Program-made: the position numbers and the translations under genes
Assembly: GCF_001194135.2 (NCBI RefSeq)
Contig: NC_068994.1
Location: forward strand, 3,820,793 to 3,884,792
Direction: 5' to 3'
Origin: Octopus bimaculoides
Lineage: Eukaryota
DNA length: 64,000 bases
Shown here: positions 11,781 through 21,629 of the stretch, in pieces
How the letters are laid out: every line of letters begins with the position of its first letter
Numbering within the stretch: the first letter of the stretch is position 1
The notes under the pieces: model-generated
Seen by the model: the letters and a program-made list of their open reading frames with translations, nothing else
Databases searched by the model: none
What the model was told of the DNA's origin: nothing

Positions 11781-14700
11781 ATGGATCGGTGCAGCAACCA
11801 AAGAATTATCTCTAGCCAGAGTCATGGTAAACATCTTTCGATGAAGCAGTCATCGCAGCTGCATAAGCAGAGTGCATCGAACGTACCTAGCAACAAACAT
11901 GTGGCACACAGTGGCAAAATCTCGTCATCGGTGGCGTTTGGTTTGTCAAACAACTGCCACAACAGCAGCAACAGCAGTAGCATATATGCCAAGGACTATT
12001 CTCAAAAGTCCTCGATGAGTACCCCAGTGCCAAGGGCGGCACACACTGGCCCTGATCCTTCCATTAGGCAGCATTCTAACAATCATCACAGCACCGGTGA
12101 CAATCTGCAGTCGCAGGTAATCGCTGCACAGCAAAGGCTGATGCAGTCAACAGGGAGTGCAAGCAGTGCATCGGACAGGCAAGCACAACATTTACAGCTG
12201 CAGCAATATCCTTCTTCTACAACTTCGTCTCAGTCTATCCACCATTCGCATCACCTGCAAGGACCTCTTCTGCCACTGCTGGGGGACACGATATTCTCTT
12301 GTGACGTGTTCAGCAAAGAATTTCCGCAACGTCTTTTAGCGACTTCCAGTCCCATTGCCACACATCTTGGCGACAACGTCTTTCGGCCCGACCTCTATGC
12401 CAGTCAATTCATTCAACCCTGTTATCTACCACTGGCCCCCGAACAGCTGATTGGTACCATGCTGTCAACCACCACCATACCGTCGACATCAACAACATCC
12501 ACAACCAACAAAACAAACGTCTCTGAAGAACATACAATGACAGCAAATAACATCTCTAAACAATACACAAACAGCGAAAGTTCTTCAAAGAATTACTCTT
12601 TGAATACAAATCTTGCCTGTAGTAGTAGTAGTAGTAGTAGTGGTAGTAGTAGTAGTGGTAGTAGTGGTGGTGGTAGTCGAGGTGGTGGTGTTAATAGTAT
12701 TAATAATAATAATAATAACAGTAACAGTATACACAGCAACCATACCTCTTGCAACAGCAGCCACTCTACTACTACTACTACTTCTACTGTTAATAACAAA
12801 CACTACAGTTCCAGTCAGACCCAGTTACTTGAGGTACCACAAGTTCAATCCCAGCACATATCACAACAATCGGGGCAGAACTGTTTATCATCTCAACAAT
12901 TAAGCAAGCAACAACTACATCAGTCCCTGGCCCACCAACAGAATCCACTCTCTTGTGTCATCGGACAGAGTTCAAAGAAGGTCACCAACTACCAAGCTCA
13001 CTCCCAGGCCCCTTGCAAAACCCAGCCGCAGCAGCAGCCCCAGAATCTTCAGAAACCGAAACCACCGAGGAACTCGGAGAGTGACAAGAATTTGTTTTGT
13101 GATTATTGCGGGAAAGAATTTCTTCGATCTTACTTGCTGTTGATGCATCGAAGAACTCATACGGGAGAGAAACCATTTGCTTGTGAACTCTGCTCGAAAC
13201 AGTTTGCTAGAAAAGATACACTGCAGAGACACCGAAAGATCCACATCATAAAGATTCCCGATAAGTTTGACCAATATCAGCCGAACAACTATCCAGAAGA
13301 ACCAAAGATAGAATCGGAAACCAAGATAAAAAGTAATTTTAATTCCGTGGATATTTTTGATCCTTCCGTAAATGACATTAACCACCTGCACAGGCTGGGA
13401 TTATCCGTCTGTTCATCTTTACAACCAAACTGTACCCCTGTGACGGATGAGAAAGCCATCTCAGAGTTTCAGAACAGCAGCATTTCAGTAAATTCCATGC
13501 TGGATGGTACATCGCAATTGCAAAACTTATCTGCAACTTCTGAAAATCAAATCCAAAAGTTTTCAGTTGAATCTTCAGACGTGAAGGAAAGTGACTTTTC
13601 TGGTCCGAAAATTTACAGTTGTGACATTTGTAAGAAACAATTTGCCCTTCAACATTATCTTAACATCCATCGACAAATTCATTTCAAAGATAAACCTTTT
13701 CATTGTAAATTCTGCTCTCACAGCTTCTCAAGGCAAGATTCATTGAAACTACACCTGCGAACACACACAGGTGTGAAGCCATATCAGTGTGATGTTTGTC
13801 AGAAGTCGTTTGTTCAGCGTTTATACTTGAAGATTCACATGAGGATCCATACAGGTGAGAAACCTTACACCTGTGAATTCTGTAACCATAGCTTCACACG
13901 CCGAGATTCTTTGACAATTCATCGGCGTAGACACACTGGGGAGAAACCATTCCACTGTGACATCTGCCGAAAGAAGTTTGCTCAGCGTCTTTATCTGCAA
14001 ATACATCGCCGAACACATACAGGTGAAAAGCCATTTACCTGTGAAATATGTAAACATAGTTTCTCACGCAGAGATTCGTTAGCTATTCATAAACGGACCC
14101 ACACCGGGGAGAAACCTTTCAAATGTGATGTCTGCCTGAAACAATTTGCACAGAAGCACTATTTAAGAATTCATCAACGTAAACACACAGGTGAGAAATT
14201 GTTTACCTGTGATATATGTTTCACCAAATTCACTCAGCTGGGCTACCTTGAGGTACACAAAAGGATACACACGGGCGAGAAACCATACCAGTGTGACTTG
14301 TGCATTCAGAAGTTTGCTCGAAAATCCACTCTGATTATTCACCGCAGGACACACACCAATGAAAAGCCATTCAAGTGCGAAAAGTGTGGAAAAGCTTTTG
14401 CTAAGAAAGATAAACTGAATTCACACATTCGAACTCATATTAAGAAGAAGCGTTTTGTGTGTGACATTTGTGAGAAATGGTTTTCTCGTCGTGATACGCT
14501 GAGGATACATCAAAAGTTACACTCCGATGAGCGACCCTTTCAGTGTGAAATCTGCCAGAAGGGATTTGTACAGAAGGACAAACTGCTTTTACATCAAAGA
14601 ATTCACTCAGACAACAAACCATTCACCTGTGACCTTTGTCCCAAGAAATTCTATCAACGCAACGTATTAGAAATCCATCGAAGAACGCATACAGGTGAGA

Positions 14701-15650
14701 AACCGTTCCAGTGCGATTTGTGTCCACAGAGATTTGCTCGAAAAGATACCCGTGCAATTCACCGTCGAATACACACTGGAGAGAAGCCATTTTGCTGCAA
14801 TATCTGTGGTGAGAGATATGCTCAGCGTGAGAGGTTACGTATACATACACACATTCACACAGGAGAGAAACCTTATCAATGTGATTTTTGCCCCAAACAG
14901 TTCTTTCAAAAAAGCACGCTGACAATACACAGGCGCTGCCACACCAACGAAAGACCTTTGTTTCAATGTGACGTTTGTTTCAAGGAATTTGTCCAGCGGG
15001 ATTATTTAACCGTTCACAAACGCATCCATACTGGCGAGAAGCCATATCATTGTGATATTTGCCTCCAAAAGTTCTCCCGCCGAGACACTTTATCGACACA
15101 CAGGAAAACTCACTCCGGCACCAAAGAGTTTCAGTGTGAAATTTGCTACAAGAAATTTGCCAACAAAGATTATCTGCGAGTTCACCAGCGGACACACACT
15201 GGAGAGAAGCCTTTCCATTGTGAAATATGTTTGAAGAAATTTGCTCGCAGGGACTACCTTCAGGTTCATAAGAGATCACACACCGGAGAGAAACCTTTCC
15301 AGTGTGACATTTGCTTCAAACAGTTTGCACAGAAAGATTACCTTTTAGTGCATCGAAGAACACACACCGGGGAGAAGCCTTACCACTGTGATATGTGTAG
15401 TCAGAGATTTGCTCGACGAGATTCTTTACAAAGGCATAAAAAGACTCACCAGCACATAGGAGGTTTTGTGAAAATAAAAGACAATTATTTGGACACAGAT
15501 GACATAAACGACACAATCGAGACCTCTCCTCCCCCGCCACCCCCACCGCCTCCACCTCCCTCACATCCAGTTCCAGCCCCTGCACATCAGTTAGCGACAA
15601 CTAGCAACACAGATGAATTTCCTCCAGTCAGTAAATACTTGTGGTTGTGA
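11781..15650 (+). CDS. C2H2 zinc-finger protein 'ZNF-A': 24 fingers (2 + 22 tandem), low-complexity S/G/N/T/Q N-terminus, poly-Pro C-terminus
   Basis: Uninterrupted ORF (track 11754-15650 starts at GTG; first ATG is 11781, MDRCSNQ). Fingers counted by hand: 2 at 13098-13244 and 22 at 13614-15449, mostly with TGEKP linkers. Stop TGA ends at 15650. Confidence 0.93.
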   Translation: MDRCSNQRIISSQSHGKHLSMKQSSQLHKQSASNVPSNKHVAHSGKISSSVAFGLSNNCHNSSNSSSIYAKDYSQKSSMSTPVPRAAHTGPDPSIRQHSNNHHSTGDNLQSQVIAAQQRLMQSTGSASSASDRQAQHLQLQQYPSSTTSSQSIHHSHHLQGPLLPLLGDTIFSCDVFSKEFPQRLLATSSPIATHLGDNVFRPDLYASQFIQPCYLPLAPEQLIGTMLSTTTIPSTSTTSTTNKTNVSEEHTMTANNISKQYTNSESSSKNYSLNTNLACSSSSSSSGSSSSGSSGGGSRGGGVNSINNNNNNSNSIHSNHTSCNSSHSTTTTTSTVNNKHYSSSQTQLLEVPQVQSQHISQQSGQNCLSSQQLSKQQLHQSLAHQQNPLSCVIGQSSKKVTNYQAHSQAPCKTQPQQQPQNLQKPKPPRNSESDKNLFCDYCGKEFLRSYLLLMHRRTHTGEKPFACELCSKQFARKDTLQRHRKIHIIKIPDKFDQYQPNNYPEEPKIESETKIKSNFNSVDIFDPSVNDINHLHRLGLSVCSSLQPNCTPVTDEKAISEFQNSSISVNSMLDGTSQLQNLSATSENQIQKFSVESSDVKESDFSGPKIYSCDICKKQFALQHYLNIHRQIHFKDKPFHCKFCSHSFSRQDSLKLHLRTHTGVKPYQCDVCQKSFVQRLYLKIHMRIHTGEKPYTCEFCNHSFTRRDSLTIHRRRHTGEKPFHCDICRKKFAQRLYLQIHRRTHTGEKPFTCEICKHSFSRRDSLAIHKRTHTGEKPFKCDVCLKQFAQKHYLRIHQRKHTGEKLFTCDICFTKFTQLGYLEVHKRIHTGEKPYQCDLCIQKFARKSTLIIHRRTHTNEKPFKCEKCGKAFAKKDKLNSHIRTHIKKKRFVCDICEKWFSRRDTLRIHQKLHSDERPFQCEICQKGFVQKDKLLLHQRIHSDNKPFTCDLCPKKFYQRNVLEIHRRTHTGEKPFQCDLCPQRFARKDTRAIHRRIHTGEKPFCCNICGERYAQRERLRIHTHIHTGEKPYQCDFCPKQFFQKSTLTIHRRCHTNERPLFQCDVCFKEFVQRDYLTVHKRIHTGEKPYHCDICLQKFSRRDTLSTHRKTHSGTKEFQCEICYKKFANKDYLRVHQRTHTGEKPFHCEICLKKFARRDYLQVHKRSHTGEKPFQCDICFKQFAQKDYLLVHRRTHTGEKPYHCDMCSQRFARRDSLQRHKKTHQHIGGFVKIKDNYLDTDDINDTIETSPPPPPPPPPPPSHPVPAPAHQLATTSNTDEFPPVSKYLWL

Positions 15651-17749
15651 AAGAGAAAAAAACATTTTAATAACTGGACTAACCAACCAGACTCCCTGAA
15701 CAATTTTCATTGCTGAACACTCAAACAACTTTGGTATTTTTGGTAGGGGGCAAATATTATTCCTAAGTTGTAAAACTATCTTTGACCCTTTTTTTTCAGT
15801 CAATTTTGATTTTTCTCTCCACCAGATTTTGTCTTGCAACAAAAGAGGACAAGTCCCTTTTTAACAACCTTTTTCTTTTTTCTCCAGAATGTTCTCTCTA
15901 ATTCTCATGGCCCTCTTTTTATTTACTCAGCACCAAAACTGACCTAATTCTTGTCCCTTTATTTTCATACAATCTTGTTACATCCATTATGATTTTTTTT
16001 CCATGCTAGCATGGGTGGGATGGCGCTACAAATTTACATTCTTACATGAATTGTTGGAGAAAATGATGTACTGTTTATTGCCCTTCCTGATATCAAGCAG
16101 TCAATCATGAAATAAATGATGATAACACAGCTAAAAATGGACGTCTGTGTGGGTACTTTAAACAACAGGGTACCTTGCTTTAATAACAAGCTTCTATATC
16201 TTTCAGTGTCAAGTTTGGAGTTTAAAAGGAAAGAGATTGTAGAAGTAGTGGCTATATAATGGACTAGGATGGTGTTCCAGTACTGCAGTTCTTTAGCATG
16301 GATGTGAATTAAGGATTGAAGTCTGCTGTAAAAGATGGAAACACTGACGAAGAAAAGAAAAGTAAAATATCTCACAGCAGACACTGATTCGTTATCTGTA
16401 AATAAATAATAAATGGACACATTCTTATTCATTATATCTGTGTGTGAGTGTGTGTGTTTATACATATATATGTATATATATATATACACACACATATGTA
16501 TATATATATATATGATTATATATGCATGCACATGTATTATATAAAACGTGTGTGCTTGTGTGTATGTATGTGTGTGTGTATATATACATCCCCCAAAACA
16601 AATGAACTGCCAGTTTTTAAGTTTTTAACATTTGAAATGTTAAATAAAAATATTCTAAGTTTTTCACCGAAGCATGTTTGCAGTATTTGAGTTTTCACTG
16701 ATGTCTTACAAAGTATAACTGATTAAGGTGGATGGTTTGTTGTTGTTGTTGTTGTTGTTGAGGTGATGACGATGACAGCAGTGATGAGGACGAGAGGGAA
16801 GGTCGATGATGATGAGATGGATGGTGATGATGACGATGGGAGTAGGTCTGATGGTGATGTTATTAAGAGAGGTGATGATGATGGGTGTTATAAGAAAGAG
16901 TTCAATTTCTCACCTGTTGATGAAACTGCATTGTAGTGACAAAATGACAGAACGTGGTAGTGTGTGTGTCTCTCCTTTCAACTACCACCATCGCCAACAA
17001 CATCAAAACTAATGTATTAATCACCAGCACTGACCAAAAGGGAACAATGAATCCTTCACAGATTGAATGAAACAGAAGGGGTGGGGTTCTGTTTGTTTTA
17101 GCGCCAGCTGGACCCCAGATCGAACAGATCTACCATCAAAGGCCCTCCATCCTCGACCACTCCATCTAATATCCATGTCATTGAAATAATGTTAAACATT
17201 ACAAACACAGTGGGCTGTCATTTGGAAGAGACTTAGTTGCTATTTCTAGCAGTACATGTGACTTTCTGTGCCCTACTTGCCCCACCATAGATACTCCCTG
17301 TTGGATCAACAAAGGGAGATGTAAGGGGTGAAGGTGGTAGGGGAAGGAGGGGGCACAGAAGTTAAAGGAAAGTAACAACAAAAACATTTCTATCTCACTC
17401 CAGGTTTCTCTAGAAAAAGGAGCTTTTTCTGTGTACCCTTGTCAGCTGCTGGGTGCCAGGTGCGTGTGGTGGGCGTTATATGTGTACCTTGGTATTTGTT
17501 TCTCCAAAAGTTGTTAAACTATGAATGTTGATGTTGCTTTTCCTGTCAACAAATCATCCACTTTGTGTCTTCGAAACTATATAGTAAAGGTTAGCAACTG
17601 GAAGAGCATCCACCTGTGAAGTAATGCCTCAGATAACATATTCATCTAATCCATTCTAGCAGGACACCTACCCCTGTCCTTCTCTAATCTCCCATCAACT
17701 GGCACAAAGCCACCATTACTCCCTCCTCCCAAATGAGAGTTTTGGGTCT

Positions 17750-18465
17750 TGCAAGTTCCATGGTGACCCTGTCAGTGCTGGTGCCATGTAAAAAGCACTG
17801 ATGCTGGCTCCACAACGTAGGTATTGGTGCTAGGGCCATGTAAAATGATCTGCAAAGTAGTTGGCTTTAGGAAGGGGCGTCCAGCTGTAGAAATCGTGCT
17901 GAAGCAGATAATTGGTTCCTGGTGAGGACCCTGGCCTTGCTAGCTCCTGTCAAACCATCCAACCCATGCCAGCATGGAAAACAGATGCTAAATGATGATG
18001 ATGACAAACCAAGTTGATAATGTATGCATACCTTTTTTTGATAGTTGTATATACAGGCACAGAACTGACTGTTGTCAAGAACTGCCGCTGGGACGTAAAA
18101 AGCACCATTTGAGCGTGATCGTTGCCAGCATCGCCTTACGGGCATGTGCTGGTGGCACATGAAAAGCAACATTCGAGCGTGGTCTTTGCCAGTGTCGCCG
18201 GACTGGCTCCCGTGCAGGTGGCACGTAAAAAAACATTTGAGCATGGTCGTTGACAGAACTGCCTGACTGGCACCCATGCTGGTGGCACGTAAAAAGCAGC
18301 CACTACACTCTCGGAGTGGCTGGCATTAGGAAGGGCATCCTGCAGTAGAAGCTTTGCTAGATCAGATTGGAGCCTGGTGTAGCCATCTGGCTCGCCAGTC
18401 CTCAGTCAAACCATCCAACCCATGCCAGCATGAAAAGCGGACGTTAAACAACGATGATGATGATA
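17750..18465 (+). mobile_element. Two adjacent family B copies (RTE 3' tail), the second with a ~65-bp tandem array
   Basis: Tails CCATCCAACCCATGCCAGCATG..AA...(GAT)n at about 17955-18005 and 18410-18465. GGTGGCAC units at 18151, 18217 and 18281. Confidence 0.8.
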
Positions 18466-19244
18466 TATGTGAATATGTATATATATATACGTATATGCAT
18501 GTAGATATTGATACATATATGTATGAATGTATATATATATATACATATATATACACACGCACATACAAATTTTAATGTTGCACACAAACTTAAATAATAA
18601 TATATATAACATTTTACAAATCCTCTTTGTATTTTATTTTAAATTTTTTATCTTCTAAAAACTATTTTATACACATAGGTTTGACAAGAAATAATCATAT
18701 TATTCAGTTGAAATGTTTCATGTTCAGTTTGATTTCGGGCAGAGCCATACACATATTTAACCGTATCAAAAGGTAAAAGAACAACAGTCTGTTACTTCTA
18801 TCGTTTCACACATCTTTTATCTGTCTCTGTTTTATGAAATATTTTGAATAAATCATTGAAAAATCAATGTTTTAATAATGGGGAAAACATTGGCTATAAA
18901 ACATGGCTTTTGTAATCGACCTTTAGGTAGAGAAATATGTGTATGGCTGTTTCTGATGGAAATTGAAGCTGAACATTAAACTACTTAACCATGTATATTT
19001 GATTGTTTTTTACAGGAAACAGGCTTATGGTTCAATTCTCTCTCTCTCCCCATATGTTTATTTATCTGTCTATCTATCTCTCTCTCTCTCTCTTTAACTA
19101 CCTACCTATCTATATCTATATATACATACGGATATATATAACTTGATATGATCGGTCTTTTATATATATATATATATATATACATATATAAATGAATTGA
19201 TTTGTACAACGCTGTGCCACAACAAAAGCGCTCCGTCTGGCGAG

Positions 19245-19877
19245 AGTAAAATACTGTTTTTTATGATCACCTCACATGTATAAACCACGCTACTAATAGT
19301 TTCACATACATGGGACCCACGTATGTTCTTCAGGTGTGGACTATTACTGTGTAGTGTGGCTTATCATCAGAAAGATTAATTATACCATTCAATTATGATA
19401 CTGTGACTGCTTCCATTTTCTTGAACTGTGAAAATCTGTCAAGCAAAGCATTTGAAGAGGAATATTTCCAGCAAGACAGGGTACCTCCATAGTATTGGAA
19501 GGGTCTTGATGAGATTTTGTCAACAAGTGGATTGGATGAAGAGGCTTAGTAGAGTACCTTCCATGTTCACCAGATCTTGCACCACAAGGCTTTTTATGGG
19601 GATACTTTAAAAAAATAAGGTTTCTGATACAAAACTAGCAAGAGCCAACAAATTGAGGGCAGCCACTGAACAACAAAGCACACAAATCGTGAATGAAATG
19701 TTTCTTGATCCTTGCAATTCCACTGTTTTGCTTTATCAGTAGTTCTTGCACCAGAATGGTCATCAGTTTGAAATCAAGCATTCGTATAAAAATGAAATTC
19801 TGTCTGTTGTAAGATCTATTGAATTTTGAAAATGAAATGTAGTTTAATAAACACTAGCTTTATAATCATTCACTGTA
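19245..19877 (+). pseudogene. Tc1/mariner-superfamily transposase fossil (DDE/D domain) with possible right TIR
   Basis: Hand translation from 19349: V*CGLSSERLIIPFNYDTVTASIFLN...YFQQDRVPP*Y (cf. FQQDGAPPHY). After a frameshift: WIG*RGLVEYLPCSPDLAPQGFLWGYFK (cf. WPPRSPDL...FLWGYLK). NGHQFE at 19755-72. End ...TATAATCATTCACTGTA at 19877. Confidence 0.78.
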
Positions 19878-20053
19878 TCTGCATTGGGGGGTGGGGACGC
19901 AGCCTGTACACACTCACAGATTTGGGTATACAAAAAGAACAAAATAATTAAATAAGTCAACACATGGAGTAGAATTTATTTATTCGTTCAAAGCCGATGG
20001 AACGAATGTATACAAGCAAGAAACTGAGTAGCAGAAAGATGAAAGTTAAAGTC

Positions 20054-20085
<32 letters not shown>

Positions 20086-21001
20086 TAATAATAATAACAG
20101 GTTACATAGGCAGGCACAGTAGCTCAGATTTATAGAGGAAAGGGAGTGGGGTGGGGTGGGGAGGTAAGAAGTCCTGACAAGCCAAGCTGCCTTTTCTAAT
20201 AAAAAGTGAATAAGCGATATGAACTGGTAGAAACGACTTGGAAGATGATATTAGAGGGGATTGGAGGGGGGAGATGAAAGGTCGGGGGGTAGTTGAGGGA
20301 CAAACATTTGGATTAACAAAAAAAATTTTTTTTTTTCAAATTCTAATTGTTCATTTGGCACATCTTCTTTAGACACAGAAACAGGCACTGTCCATCATCA
20401 TCATCATCATTGTACAGATTATTGTTGCAACCATTAGCCATCATCACTCGTCATCACCATCACCATCATTCACATTTTAAAAATCATTTCAAGTTTGTTC
20501 GTTCTTCCTGTTTTTGTTGTTGTAAATCTTTTCTTCATGGCCAACAAGTTAAATTGAAGACACACACTCACAGAATAGACAAGAAAAGAAAGACAACAAC
20601 AAAACAAAAAGTAAAAAAGAAACACAAGTAAATAAATAGAAGAAAATCTGTCAACTTTGTCATTGTGTGACATGTAGGGGTGGGATAGTTCTTCAAATTT
20701 ACAGATTAGCATAATTAGTGACAACTGGCTGGTTGGCTGGCTGAATAGGGAGGGAGGTATTTTTGCTTGCCTTTAACCTAGTGAATCTAGGACTGAAGGC
20801 TTTCAGGCTGTGACCATCTTGTCATCCTATAGTATCCCACGTGTAGGTAGAGTGTGTTTTGAGAGAGGGAGAGAGAGCTGGTTACTATCAATCACGTAGT
20901 GGCACTCCCATTCTGGTCTACTAAATGAAAAGTCAGTGTTGACACTGGGTCTAATACTGCAAGAACTGGACTGTGTCCAGCCCTGAACACCTGGATCCAA
21001 A

Positions 21002-21350
21002 TGGTTCCAGGTTCAGTCCCACAGCATGGCACTTTGAACAAGTGTTTTCTACTATAGCCTTGTGAGTGGATTTGCTAGACAGAAACTGAAAGAAGCTATT
21101 CGTATCTCTCTCTCTATATATATATATGCATATATGTGTGCACATGTCTTTGAGTCCTGTTTGTCCCCCATCGCTGCTTGAGAATTGTTGTTGATGTGTT
21201 TATGTCCCCATAACTTAGCGTTTCGGCAAAAGAGACCGATAGAATAGTACCAGGATTAAAAAATAAAAAGTACAGGAGTCAATTCATTCAGCTAAAAGTT
21301 CAAAGCAGGACCCCAGAAAATGGCTGCAGTCTAATGAGCGAAACGAATAA
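21002..21350 (+). mobile_element. Family A SINE
   Basis: TGGTTCCAGGTTCAGTCCCAC...AACAAGTGTTTTCTACTATAGCC...TTCGGCAAAAGAGACCGATAGAATAGTAC. Confidence 0.78.
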
Positions 21351-21591
21351 ATGAATATATACATCCACACATAATTATACTATGCGCGTGTGCACCAGTG
21401 CAAACTGGTGCATCGAGTTGCTTTACGGCAAAGTGTAACTTATCGATCTGATAAATAGAGGTTGATGAAACGAGTACTGAGGCTGATATTGAGTAAAAAT
21501 TCTTCCAAGATGGTGCTCCAGCTTTGCCACAGTACAACGACTGAAACCAACAACAGAAACAAAAAATAACCTACACATACATACATAACAC

Positions 21592-21629
<38 letters not shown>

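Noticed and set aside
11946-15842. Short antisense and off-frame ORFs over ZNF-A (likewise over ZNF-B and ZNF-C)
   Set aside because: Shadows of the real CDS with no independent features.
18085-18310. CRISPR-like repeat/spacer appearance (also 52468-52713 and 39815-40270)
   Set aside because: The 'spacers' are homologous to each other, the repeats are degenerate, there are no cas genes and the context is eukaryotic: these are tandem repeats.
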